64,000 nt of DNA from positions 1-64,000 of the IMG/VR virus record IMGVR_UViG_3300031884_000002, one strand, 5' to 3'. How positions within the stretch are numbered: the first letter of the stretch is position 1; every line of letters begins with the position of its first letter. Below the pieces are notes generated by a model. That model was not told the DNA's origin and searched no databases. It saw only the letters and a list, made by a program, of their open reading frames with translations. The position numbers and the translations under genes are program-made. Positions 19,945-31,664 of the stretch are shown one piece after another.

Positions 19945-20343
19945 ATGAATACAAACACACGAGAAAAAGTTATTGACTTAAAATTAAAAGGATATAGCAA
20001 TCCCAAAATATCAAAATTATTAAATATTGGAATTTCTACTGTAAGATGGCATTATGATGAAAATTTTAGAAATACTAATCGTCAATGGAAAACAAAAAAA
20101 CGAAATGATATTTTGTATAAGTTAAAATCATTGAAAGGTAATAAATGTGAATTATGTGGTTATGATAAATGTCAATCTGCATTGCATTTTCATCATAAAA
20201 ATCCAGCCGAAAAATTATTTGAAATATCAGATAAACCACTACATAAATCACATCAAATTTTATTAGATGAAATTGATAAATGTCAATTGCTATGTGCGAA
20301 TTGTCACGCTGAAATAACATGGCCAGATTCGCACATAACATAA
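19945..20343 (+). CDS. HTH plus HNH endonuclease
   Basis: CELCGY...LHFHH...CQLLCANCHAE. Confidence 0.85.
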   Translation: MNTNTREKVIDLKLKGYSNPKISKLLNIGISTVRWHYDENFRNTNRQWKTKKRNDILYKLKSLKGNKCELCGYDKCQSALHFHHKNPAEKLFEISDKPLHKSHQILLDEIDKCQLLCANCHAEITWPDSHIT

Positions 20344-20349
20344 ACTAAT

Positions 20350-20934
20350 TTAGTTTTTGGCAACCAAGTAGAATTTGCGACGGGGACGTTCATTTTTGGC
20401 TTTGCGGTTTTTATCTTCAACGTTAGAAAGGATGATAGTGGCAACTTTCTTGCTACCCTTTTCACCCTGATTCATTTTGACCGATAGATATTGATAGATA
20501 GTCGCATCAGGATAACGGTCAAAGCCAAATTCTTTACGAATATCGGCAATAATATCCGACACAAAAACAGACTGGACTAATGCGATTGAACGCAATTTGC
20601 CTAATTCGGCACCAAGGGCATTAATTGCGCCACGTTTTTCCATAAGCTTTTCAATCAGTTGCGCCACGCCATTAACCCCGTTTTTAACGTAATGTGCTCG
20701 AAACGCCAACGGGGTTTTTACGCTGGCGAGAATTGCGTTAATTTCACGCAATTGATTTTTCAGGGAAACGGAGGCATTGTAACGGACGATATTGTTTTGG
20801 CTTTTCAAGGATTTTTTCAGGTTAATCATATGTTTTTTAGTTTTGCGGTTATACTGGTTTAGTTGCTTTCGATATTTAAAGATTATCAGTTTGCCGGTTA
20901 ATTTCAATAAAAATCGTATTTTATTTTGAAGCAC
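20350..20934 (-). CDS. Hypothetical basic protein, possible winged-helix C-domain
   Basis: ORF track; C-terminal RPRRKFY. Confidence 0.6.
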   Translation of the reverse strand: MLQNKIRFLLKLTGKLIIFKYRKQLNQYNRKTKKHMINLKKSLKSQNNIVRYNASVSLKNQLREINAILASVKTPLAFRAHYVKNGVNGVAQLIEKLMEKRGAINALGAELGKLRSIALVQSVFVSDIIADIRKEFGFDRYPDATIYQYLSVKMNQGEKGSKKVATIILSNVEDKNRKAKNERPRRKFYLVAKN

Positions 20935-23456
20935 TTATACTGGTATAAGTGGTATGCGGTGAAAACTGTCTCGATTTGAGACAGTGTGGTATAATTGCTT
21001 AGGCTTGCGGTGAGTTCATTAGCATATTTAATATGCTATTAATCACAACTTTATCAGAGTTTGCCGCACGATAAGCCATTGGTGCAAATCCGTTAGGTGA
21101 ATTGGAATGTGCCTTGCTCCACAATTCAATCCTATCATTGGTACTATGTTCCTTCATGATTTTTAATGCTTCATCAATATCTTTTATTCCATTGGTGCCA
21201 CGCCAAAGAACCATATAAGAACGGTTTGATAAGGTTGCTTCAATGAATAGATTATTGTTGTTTTGCATATGTAAGAGAATATAGATTTAAATCTATTTGT
21301 CAACCGTAAATCACTTCTTTAAAGATTGCCAGTTGAATGAATGCGTCAAAATCCATTGCATCACAATTACAGAGCCAATTGTCCCAAGTATCAAAGTTGT
21401 TTAGATTGGTGCTAGGTGGCTGAGTACAGCCTTTAGGCCACTTATCCGTAAAAATCAAAGGGAACGTTGCAATAAGCATATCCTTGCCAACGGCATGTTT
21501 TATTCCAGTGTCTTGGTTGATAAATCCAAATAACCAGTTTTTATAATTCCAGTCAATACATTCCAACGATGAACCTTGGCTGGCTTCTGGAAAGTTTGCC
21601 ATTATGCCTTTGACTACGGATTCAACTGTTTTGTCGTTAATTTCAATGGTAATTTTCATATGTTATAGAAATTGGTTTTTATTGTGCGGTAAACTCCATC
21701 ATTGTGCCATTGCGGATTTGACGGGCATTGCGGGCCTTGTTAAAGGTCTGACACCGTTCCCGGGCTTGTTCATAAGTCAAGCCGGTATCCACCGTGGTTT
21801 TCCGGCCATTGACAAAGGTTGTCCAATTGGTGCAACTACGTTTGAATGTCTTGTAAAATGTCATAGTCGTAATATATAGATTTAAATCTATTTGTCAAAT
21901 GTTAAGAGTGCGCCACGCATCAAAAACCGCCCAACTATGAAATTGCTTCTTACGTTCCTCAATTGAGGTTCCGGCACACTCCCACAAATCCAATCCACCG
22001 CATTCGGCAACTGTTTCGTCATAGAATGCTTCGATTAAATCTTTATGGATAGGGTCATTTTCAAAATCAATGTCTGGCTTATCGCCACCTGTCCAAGCTC
22101 TACGTTGATAGGTATGTCCTAATTTGGTTGTTATGGTGTATGGAGATGTCATATGTAAGTAAAAGAATATAGATTTAAATCTATTTGTCAATGGATTTTT
22201 GATAGTTATGCATTTATACTGGTATAAATGGATATAGCATAATTGCCGCAGTCCAGTTACGAACCACGGCAACTAACACATATGAACCGCACCAAAATTA
22301 AGATACCAATTTGTCTTGAATGTTAAACAAATCCAGTGCCAATCGAGTACATTCGTCCATTGATACTTTTATTGGAAGATAAACAGGTGATTGAATAAAT
22401 CTTAGCATATTCGTTCCTGATGTTACTCCAGCCCAACGAGAAAGCATTCGAGCTTCTTTTACAGTCAATTCCAAAATAACTTTTTCAATTTGAGGTGGTG
22501 GAGGCGGCTGCGGCACAGATTTAATAGTTGTTACTTTCATATTCAGTATATTATAGATTGTTTATTGTTTGTCAATTCAATTCCAGCAAGGTTTAAACTT
22601 TTCTTTGCGGCTGTAATTCTTTTTGCTTTCGACCCGCTTGGTTACGGGGTTTAATACTCCCCAAGTTTTACGGATGCGAATGTCGGCTTGTTTGATTGTT
22701 GTTTTCATATGTTGATAACAATATATAGATTTAAATCTATTTGTCAACCTTCAATGTTCTGACATTCCGTTATATCAAAGGTTTTGGTAAAATCCTTGCC
22801 ATTGGTCAAAATCAAATCCAATTGGCTTGAATAGTATCCATTGTTATATCCATGTCCAGCAACCCGCACAGGATGCCCATGAATAGGTAGCAATTCAATT
22901 CCATAACCATCGACCCGCTTGAAAAAAGCATCAGTTGACAAATCAAACTCCAATCCGTCAAAATCTGCCAGACTCAAATCATGAAAATACAATCTCAAAT
23001 CATGAAAATACAATTCATGAAACTCACAACAATCTTGACTGTGATAGGATAATAATTCAAGTCCATTGTCAAAGATAATTCCATAGTTATTCACCACGAC
23101 AACCTTGGATTTATTTAAATTAGATATTTGTTCCATATGTGAATACAGTATATAGATTACTGAGTAAAAGTCAATAGAAAATAAAACTATTTTTGCCGCA
23201 AGTAATTATACTGGTATAATTGCTATTTTAAGCGAAGTCCATTCCTCATCTATAATATAGATTTCAATTTAAAAGTCAATCACAATTGATATTCTTTTTT
23301 CAAATATTTAGCAAGGTGTTTTACCGTTTTCAAAAAGCAACGTGCCTCATATTTAGTCAGTGTATGAGTTTTCTTTCGCTTGCGATTGCGGAAACATCGG
23401 ACAGAAAATGTATCATTCATAAGTAAAATTATACAGAATTAAATCTATTAGTCAAA

Positions 23457-23490
23457 TAAAAAAGTTGCCTAGTTTTTAGGCTAGGCAACT
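23457..23490 (-). terminator. Intrinsic terminator
   Basis: AGTTGCCTAG-loop-CTAGGCAACT with an A-run on the left (U-tract on the minus strand). Confidence 0.75.
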
Positions 23491-23506
23491 CGTAACACAT
23501 ACACTA

Positions 23507-24040
23507 TTATACAACCACCAAAGTTTGCTTCATTGCGTTCATTTCAATCACATTGTTAAGCGTGAGACAATTCACGATAGGCTTAAATTCGCTTTCCTTT
23601 TTTGCATATAGCCAAGGTTTGAGGTCATCGTAAGCAATCGGCTTGCCAGTTTTGTCAAAATACTCCGAAAATAGAGTTTTATTGTGCCGATAGAAAAGAT
23701 AAAACTTTTCATTTGGATTTTTATTGATATGGACACAAGTAGGCTTGCCATCCTCATTCATCATAGGAACGTGCCACGATGTTCCTAGAGTGTATTCTAC
23801 TTCGCTGGCGTCAATACCAAGTTTCTTCGCCACGTTTTTCTCTACTGCCTTTTTGAATGAGAAATTGACCCAGCCATTGACAATCGCCCGCTTAAACACT
23901 TCGCCAAACGGATTTTTCTTCTTAATATCCGTAACCGGAGTTACGGCTGTAACCGTAATAAATCGGGATTGAGTTCCGGCATCCACCGTAAGAAACTTAA
24001 CCAACCCAGCAACCGTAAGTTTTTGTATAGCTCGTTTCAT
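23507..24040 (-). CDS. Hypothetical protein (177 aa)
   Basis: ORF with A/C-rich leader, own promoter and terminator. Confidence 0.75.
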   Translation of the reverse strand: MKRAIQKLTVAGLVKFLTVDAGTQSRFITVTAVTPVTDIKKKNPFGEVFKRAIVNGWVNFSFKKAVEKNVAKKLGIDASEVEYTLGTSWHVPMMNEDGKPTCVHINKNPNEKFYLFYRHNKTLFSEYFDKTGKPIAYDDLKPWLYAKKESEFKPIVNCLTLNNVIEMNAMKQTLVVV

Positions 24041-26233
24041 ATTTTTTATTTTTTGGTGTTATGTGTTACTGACAAAAGAGATAATATAGATTTTTAGATT
24101 AAAGTCAAATGTTTTCAATCAAAATTAACAGAATCTTCAAAAATATTATTCAACCGGATGCGAATAGTATCTAACTTTGCCGCAATATTAGGATACTCAA
24201 TAACATCTTCAGCCGTTAATTCGCCAGTGATAATCAGAACATTTTCAATGGCTTCTTTGATAGATTGCTCGTTAAAGTTCATAGTTGTAGAATATAGATT
24301 TTTAGATTAAAATCAAATTAAATCCAGCCATTTTCTGATAGTTGCATAGTAATCATATTCCAAACCACGAGCCAAACAGACACCCTGAAAAAATCCAACA
24401 GTGGAGGAAATCACATGTATTTTACTGGTGGGCGAGTCTGCCAATGATATACATGCGGTCTTAACATTACTATCAATATGTTTAACCAATTCTTCTAAAG
24501 TGCAAGTTTTATAATTCATATGTTCCTAAAAGAATATAGATTTAAATCTATTTGTCAACCGGAATCGTAAAAATCATTAACACCACTTAGACCAATATAA
24601 ATGGAGTTTTATGCGGTGAAAATAGGTTGCATTTATACTGGTATAATAAGGTGTTTAAAAGGTTGGCATATGAGAATAGACAAAGACTCATATGCCAATT
24701 TGAAATGCAATTTATGAAAACAATAACTAAACAGACGATAGCACCAAAATTAGACGGTGACAACTTCAGCCAGCAATTCAACATCGGGTTTATTATTCTT
24801 GCTGGCATTCTTAACACGGCGAATATAACCATTCATCTTCAAATCATGCCGCTTGTTAATCTCATTCAATGTCTCAATATGGTTAATGATGAAATTGGCA
24901 GCTTGAAGCGGAGAAACAGAAGTTGCCATATTAACATTCAGCTTGGAGGTTACGAAATTGCGAACTTCAATCAGACGTTCGTGAGAAAGTGCGTCCAATT
25001 CATTCGTAAAGGTTTTTCCATCGGTGGTTTCGTATGCGATAACTTTTTTCATTTTATTTTTTGGTTTATTGTTGTTATGTGTTACTGACAAGAAAGAGAA
25101 TATAGATTTTTATTTAAATGTCAATCAGATTTCAGTGTAGGCCACAGAAATATCAATTGGTGGTTTGGAAAAAATCCAACCATCGGAATTAGTAGTATTG
25201 TGAGTAGAACTATATTTCTTCTTGGCTTTCTTCTCAGCCGCATTGTGACTGCCAGCTTTGATATAACCGGTTTCAACTCCATTAACATAGACGATGTAAG
25301 TTTTCATATGGTTAAGAATATAGATTTTTATTTAAATGTCAATCTTTTCCTTCAATTCTATCTTCACTCCAATCATCATAATCAGGTTCATCCATTTTAA
25401 CCGTATCGGCCCATTTATCAACATTGGCTTCAATGGCAGCTTCAACCGATTTAATTTCATCCGGTGAAAATCCAGTTTTATTCCAATCCCATTCTTCAAT
25501 GTAAAAATAAGTAGTGCCACGGTCAACGCCCTTGCATCCCCAGTACTCATATGCTCCGATTCCATCGTTTTCCCAGTCCCCTTTGGTGGTGACTTCAATT
25601 TCAACTTCATCTTCGCCACGAGTTGGAAGTTCAACGGATAGTGTAAATGTGTTAATCATAGGATTAGAATATAGATTTAAATCTATTTGTCAAATGAAAT
25701 CAGCAATTTCAATTGCCTTTTCAATATATTCTCCCTTAAGTTCTGCCAATTTACAATCATAATCAAATCTTAGTTGAATCAATGAGTTTCGGATTTTAAC
25801 TCCAGTATCATATGGCAAAATTGCCTTTGGCTTGAACCAGCCCATATAAGATGGAGAATAAACCAATCCTTCATCATTTAGTTTAGTTATTTCAGCACCC
25901 AAGATATAGGGGAACTGGTCATATTTCCAAAAAGCCATTAGTCGTGTATTCATAAATGTAAGAATATAGATTTATATCTATTTGTCAACAGGTTTTTGAT
26001 AATTATGCATTTATACTGGTATAAGTGGTTGATTACCAATTATATAGGTAGAATTAGAATGCGGTGAAACTACTCAGTGAATACTTGAACTAAATTACGC
26101 CACGTCGAAATTGTCTGTTTAAGAAGAAAATCCTTAATTGCTTTCTTTTGCTTACGAGAACATTTAGCATTCATAAGTTTTTTATTATTCTTCACATAGT
26201 ATAAATATAATCTATAAAATGTCAAGTTAAAAA

Positions 26234-26340
26234 TGGTGGGCCTTGACAGGAATTGAACCTGCATCGTCTGTATGTGTTCCAATAGTTATCGTTACGCTTC
26301 TATTGTACTATACTCCCATTTCCGTTTGGGTACAACGCCC
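26234..26340 (-). ncRNA. tRNA-like RNA with CCA end and a greatly extended anticodon arm
   Basis: GGGCGTTG/CAAGGCCC acceptor (one G.G mismatch), T arm GCAGG-TTCAATT-CCTGT, ACCA end; no 7-nt anticodon loop. Confidence 0.75.
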
Positions 26341-26349
26341 ATTAAAATT

Positions 26350-26602
26350 GGTATTTAGAGGATTTCACGTAAGTAATTCATTCTAATAAAGAGGAATTGA
26401 ACCTCAATCAACCCTTGCGGGTAATGCACCTTACATCATATTATCTATCTCTTCAGGAACCATCTAAAAGGAGCTACCTTTTAGAAACCTGTTTCTTTGC
26501 GCTTAGAAATTGTATGCGTCATTTCGAGGGTTCATGACGCTAACCCATGTTTATCTTAACTGTTATTTACATTTTTAATAGGAATGTAATAAACCGAATA
26601 CC
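26350..26602 (-). ncRNA. Candidate 253-nt structured RNA containing an anticodon-less mini-tRNA domain
   Basis: 5' GGTATTCGG pairs with 3' CTAAATACC; internal GAGG-TTCAATT-CCTC and ACCC-GCAA-GGGT; starts at the predicted TSS of the promoter ending at about 26632. Confidence 0.6.
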
Positions 26603-27390
26603 TATATACTACCGATTCTAATCTATTTGTCAACTGTTTTTACGAAACATCCACTTAACCCGAACCATGTTTGTTTGCTGGCAGAAATAAGTTTTAATCT
26701 TCATTTTGTTTATTGGTTGTTTGTTGTTACTGACATAAACAAGCATACAGATTAAAATCTATTCGTCAATCATTATATTCCAACAGGAATTGAATGAGAG
26801 AAGTCCAATCAGGCAAGGGACCATCACCAAAGGAGTTATTAAACTCAGGCGTGTCTGATACAGTAACCCATTGATTCTTATCAGAGTTCCACTGCAATTT
26901 CAACTGATGTTTAACCCAAGAGTCTGGATTTCCAACCTCAATGGCAAATGTATTGTCTTCAAAACGTTCAATGTTAATATTATTCATAGGCGATAAGTAT
27001 ATCAGGAATAGATTAAATGTCAAGGGAATTTTAAAGATATAATTTACTCTAATAGTTGTAGTAGAAGCACTTATACTGGTATAGATAGTATAACAAAAGA
27101 ATGCCGCACTTTTAATGCGGCAATCTATTCGTAGCTCTTAATTCCCCACCTTGCCAAGATTATCTAAACCGCCAACCAAATCCAAAATGAAACAGTTAAA
27201 ACATCTAAAGCAATGGACCAACCGTAAATGTTACTTACTAACTTTTGTTTTTCTGCTTGACTTTTGGACTTCATCATATTAAATAGACAAATCCAACCAA
27301 AACTTGATAGAATCGTCCAAATTACGGCTAAAATTATTAGAAATTTAATCATATGAGTATATTATAGATTTTTATTTATTTATTTATCAA

Positions 27391-27660
27391 TTACTTTGTT
27401 TCGTAAATATTGTATGTTCCTTGAAATACTCCCCACGATGATTGTTCTTTCATAGTATAAGACTCAGGAACTTCATTGGTTCGCATTTGACGGGTCAAAT
27501 ACCACAAATGGCTTTCCTCCCATGTGACACATATCAACTTTTGATTGGGTGGCAGTTTCAATTCAGCATTTCCGCCAAATTGTTTGGCTCTTTGATTTTG
27601 AGTGCAACCAGTTAAAGCCAAGGTTGGAATTAGTAACAGGATTGGTAGTATTCGTTTCAT
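27391..27660 (-). CDS. Small lipoprotein
   Basis: MKRILPILLLIPTLALTGC: signal peptide with lipobox. Confidence 0.7.
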   Translation of the reverse strand: MKRILPILLLIPTLALTGCTQNQRAKQFGGNAELKLPPNQKLICVTWEESHLWYLTRQMRTNEVPESYTMKEQSSWGVFQGTYNIYETK

Positions 27661-28080
27661 AGTGTTAAAAGTATATAGATTGTTATTTATTTGTCAAGAT
27701 CCAAACGGTTCTACATTCCAATCATCATCTGCTACTTTGATTATAGTAGTTTTACTAATTGTTGAATCAGGAATACAAATCGCAACTTTGCGAGACCAAT
27801 TACGAAATATACGAAAATAATATTTTACACCATCAATGGTTACTGGATCTATTCTGCAAACTACGGAATAAGATACAGAAAAAGGTCTTTTATCATATTT
27901 AAGATGCGCTTGAATATAATCTGTTACTGCCCCACCGCACGAACCAATTGAACAATATGTATATGGAATTTTCATATTTGTATTTTATAGATTTTAGAAT
28001 AAATGTCAACAAAAAATAATTTATGTTTTTTGGTAGAGCACTTATATGTATATAAGAACACTCTACCAGAAAGGTAAAAT

Positions 28081-28827
28081 ATGGCAAGCAAAATAATGAC
28101 AATAGATAAAAATGAATTACAACTAATAATAGACAACAGTAAAACTTACGGTGACGTATTACGTCATTTTGGGTTGGAAAATAAAGGAGGAAATCACAAT
28201 ACTCTAAAACGAAGGATAAAAAATGATAATTTATCAACTGATAATATTATTAAATTTAAATCAGGAGGAGGATGGAATAAAGGATTACATGGATTTGATA
28301 TTAAAGCATTATCTAAAGAAGAAGTATTAAATATAGTGTTTATTAAAAATTATACTGGTGGAATACGACCAAGAACATATATTAGGAGATATAATCTAAT
28401 AGAAGAAAAATGTAATGAATGTGGATTAACTAATATCTGGAATAATAAACTAATTACATTAGAATTAGATCATATAGATGGCGACTCACATAATAATTTA
28501 TTAACTAATTTACGATGGGTATGTCCTAACTGCCATAGTCAAACTGATACATTCAGAGGTCGAAATAGAAAAATAGAACATTTTTGTGAATGTGGAAAAT
28601 TAAGATGTAAATCATCCAATAAATGTGTAGATTGTAATCATAAAGAACAATTAAATAAAAATCATAAAATTATTTGGCCAAGTGATACTGAACTTATGGA
28701 AATGATGAAGACTACTTCATTATATAAATTAAGTAAAACTCTTGGTGTTACTTCCAATTCTATTAGAAAACATTGTTATAAACGTAATATAAATTGGAGG
28801 AAAGATGGTGCAATGGGAGGGATTTGA
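28081..28827 (+). CDS. HNH homing endonuclease; 3' end overlaps tRNA-Lys antisense
   Basis: CNECG...LELDHIDGDSHNNLLTNLRWVCPNCHSQT. Confidence 0.9.
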   Translation: MASKIMTIDKNELQLIIDNSKTYGDVLRHFGLENKGGNHNTLKRRIKNDNLSTDNIIKFKSGGGWNKGLHGFDIKALSKEEVLNIVFIKNYTGGIRPRTYIRRYNLIEEKCNECGLTNIWNNKLITLELDHIDGDSHNNLLTNLRWVCPNCHSQTDTFRGRNRKIEHFCECGKLRCKSSNKCVDCNHKEQLNKNHKIIWPSDTELMEMMKTTSLYKLSKTLGVTSNSIRKHCYKRNINWRKDGAMGGI

Positions 28828-28885
28828 ACCCGTCTATCGTCCGATTAAAAGTCGGATGCTTATTCCAGATTTAAGCTTCCATTGC
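28806..28885 (-). tRNA. trnK: tRNA-Lys(UUU), canonical short variable loop
   Basis: TCCGA-CT TTT AA-TCGGA; GCAATGG/CCATTGC acceptor; ACCA. Confidence 0.9.
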
Positions 28886-29980
28886 ATTAAAAAGAAATCA
28901 AAGTTTTTACCACCAATCAACTTAATTACTGTCGATTGATGGCTAGGGTTATCCACCTGTTTGCTGCAACCAACATCTATATAATACCGATTAAATCTAT
29001 TTTGTCAACTGTTTTCAGCTAACCGCCCAATTAAGTTTCTCCGCATAATTCCACACTTCATTAGTGGAAAACGTGCCATCCTCATTTTCAACTTGAACGT
29101 CAACATTGGTATGATTTTTGAATGCGGCTGTAATGGCAAATTCCAGTCCGGTATGGTCCACTGGGAAGGTTAGGGTTTCAGTTTCAGTTTCAACGATGTA
29201 GTTTGTTTGTTTCATAGGTTATATATTATAGATTTTTAGTTAAAAGTCAATCAACAATTGGATTATTTTCCCAAGCTGGTGAAGTGCCATCAGGATTATT
29301 ATATTCATACTGAAAAAATCCTCCAATGTCACCACCCAAAGGGTTATTCTCAATAATCTTATCAATACAGGAATAACAGTAAGGATTGTTTTTAAGGACA
29401 ATATCATCTACCCAGTTAAGTGTTGTCATATTTAAGATTATAGAGATTATTGTTTATTTGTCAATTTATTTGCGGTTAATTCTTTCGTAGGTTCTGGCAA
29501 TGGCTTCCAGTATGCAGATGAATAATAGTAATGAACCAACCAATTTCATTGTCAATGTTTCTTTTGATTTCTTTTACAGGTTTGAAAAGAATGCTTGGAA
29601 GTTTTCTTTTGCCGGAATCCATTACGATGAGCCACTGGATTTTGCCAGCAAGGACCATCATTATAGATGCTGCGGTTGATGTAAGTGTCACCGTATATAG
29701 TTTCTTTTTGCATATGAGTAGAATATAGATTTAAATAGATTTGTCAATCTATTCTGGTATATATTTTATATTTCATCGTAGGATAATATTTCCTCAAATC
29801 TATTACATAAGAATTTATTTCTTCTAATGTATGAAACTCCTGATAATTTGTAATTCCATTATAATAACAGTCAATTCGTACAATATATTTCATAGTGTTA
29901 AAAGTATATAGATTAGAATTAAAAAGTAAAGAAAAATACCGGAATATTTATTAGACATTCCGGCATTTTTTACTTGATTT

Positions 29981-31000
29981 TTACACCGTAGCCAGCAATT
30001 TCTCTCCCCGCACTTTCCATGCCACTTCGATTTCAGGGTCACGAACCCCAGTCCAAAAATCCCGCTTGGCAACCAATCCGGCACCAAACTCCGAGGATTC
30101 AACTTGCTTCATCGCATTATCCTTAGAGCGGCTGCTGGTATGCGTATAGTAATCCGTAACCGCTGACATTGCATCGCTCAAATCGTTACCATCATTGCCC
30201 TTGCCAGTGCGAAATAAAGTTTCCAACGTTTCAACCGTGTTAAACGTGCGAGTGGAAAGCTTTTCCGGCTTTGTAACCCGAGTGAGAAAACCGGCAAACA
30301 AACAACGTGCTTCGGTAACACCAATCTTGACTTCGGACATTTTTTCAAACTCAATTTGAAACTCAGCTTGCACCCCAATAGCCTTATCAATCAACTTGGC
30401 AAACTCAGGCAATCGCAACGTAGCATTTTTCGTATGCCGCTGGTTAATTGCAATATCATCACTTTCATCGGCACCACCATTAGCAATCTTATTTTCAACC
30501 GAAAACAGATTAGCCGAAAAAGTATTATCACATACAGTACAAACATTAGAAGTATTAACCCACAATACACTTGACTTATCGTGACCATTACCAAAGTTAA
30601 GATAAGCCGAAAACTCCCTGCCTGCCGCTTTGAACTTTTCCATACCATTAAGTTCAACTGATAGGAAAACCCTACCACGGTTACGGGTGGAACCATTAGA
30701 CACAATCTTGTGAGACGTGCCACCAATCGAGCCACGAACCAAATCCAAGAATGCCTTATTCGTAAGGGGTGTAAAAGTTGCCGGATTGTAAGGTTTTCCA
30801 ATTTCCAATCCTTCAACATCGGAGCATTCCAAAATGGAATATTTGCTAGGTTGTCCCCTTTTTTCCAGTTGCACCGCAACCAAATCCCATTTGTTAAGAT
30901 AAACCGTATCAAGTGTAAGTTCCGGCACCACGTTCGTTTTACCATGCCAGCCCATTTCAGTTGCTTCGTGCATGTCGTATGTAAAGATTCTATCAGCCAT
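29981..31000 (-). CDS. DUF932-family phage/plasmid protein
   Basis: GWHGKT, RGRVFLSVEL, NGHDKSS, VCDNT motifs. Confidence 0.75.
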   Translation of the reverse strand: MADRIFTYDMHEATEMGWHGKTNVVPELTLDTVYLNKWDLVAVQLEKRGQPSKYSILECSDVEGLEIGKPYNPATFTPLTNKAFLDLVRGSIGGTSHKIVSNGSTRNRGRVFLSVELNGMEKFKAAGREFSAYLNFGNGHDKSSVLWVNTSNVCTVCDNTFSANLFSVENKIANGGADESDDIAINQRHTKNATLRLPEFAKLIDKAIGVQAEFQIEFEKMSEVKIGVTEARCLFAGFLTRVTKPEKLSTRTFNTVETLETLFRTGKGNDGNDLSDAMSAVTDYYTHTSSRSKDNAMKQVESSEFGAGLVAKRDFWTGVRDPEIEVAWKVRGEKLLATV

Positions 31001-31349
31001 ATGTTTTATTTTTGTTTAATTGTTTCGTTTACTGCTACCAACATTTAAGATATTACAGATTTATTTTTAAAAGTCAAACTAAAACAGATTTATTTTTAAT
31101 GTTCCGGTTTGGTTTGTAATACCGTTTACTTCCAAAAGAATATAGATTTATTCTAAAGAGTAAAGATAAATCTATTCTATTTTTTGCCAGCAGTTCCCAT
31201 GCCAACCGGCACAGCAGTACGCACTTATATTGGTATAAGTGGTTGATTACCAATTATATAGGTAGAATTAGGATGCGGTGAAAACAATAAAAAACGCCTT
31301 GCATTCGGTGAAGAACACAAGGCATTAACACATGAACCCAACACCAAAA

Positions 31350-31664
31350 TTAAGATTTAATTTTTCTTGTTGAACCCTTCTTTGGTTTCTCGGTGACTTG
31401 CACCTTTGTCACAGGAACCGGCACACTTGGCTTAAGTTTCAACAACTTAGCAAGTTGCCGCTTGGAGCCGCCGGGAATGCAACTCTTAATCTTCTCATCC
31501 AAAGATAGAGCATCATACTTGGCTTGCCTATCATCCGCTTCATATTGAAGCTTTCGCCGCTTGGCTTGCAAATGAGCCGATGAATATCCATTAGTTTTAC
31601 CCCGCTTGGACTCCGTAGAAGTCGAGGTTGAGGTTGATTTGGTATTTACGTATTTTTGTGCCAT
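31350..31664 (-). CDS. Basic hypothetical protein
   Basis: ORF track; own promoter at about 31690-31723. Confidence 0.65.
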   Translation of the reverse strand: MAQKYVNTKSTSTSTSTESKRGKTNGYSSAHLQAKRRKLQYEADDRQAKYDALSLDEKIKSCIPGGSKRQLAKLLKLKPSVPVPVTKVQVTEKPKKGSTRKIKS

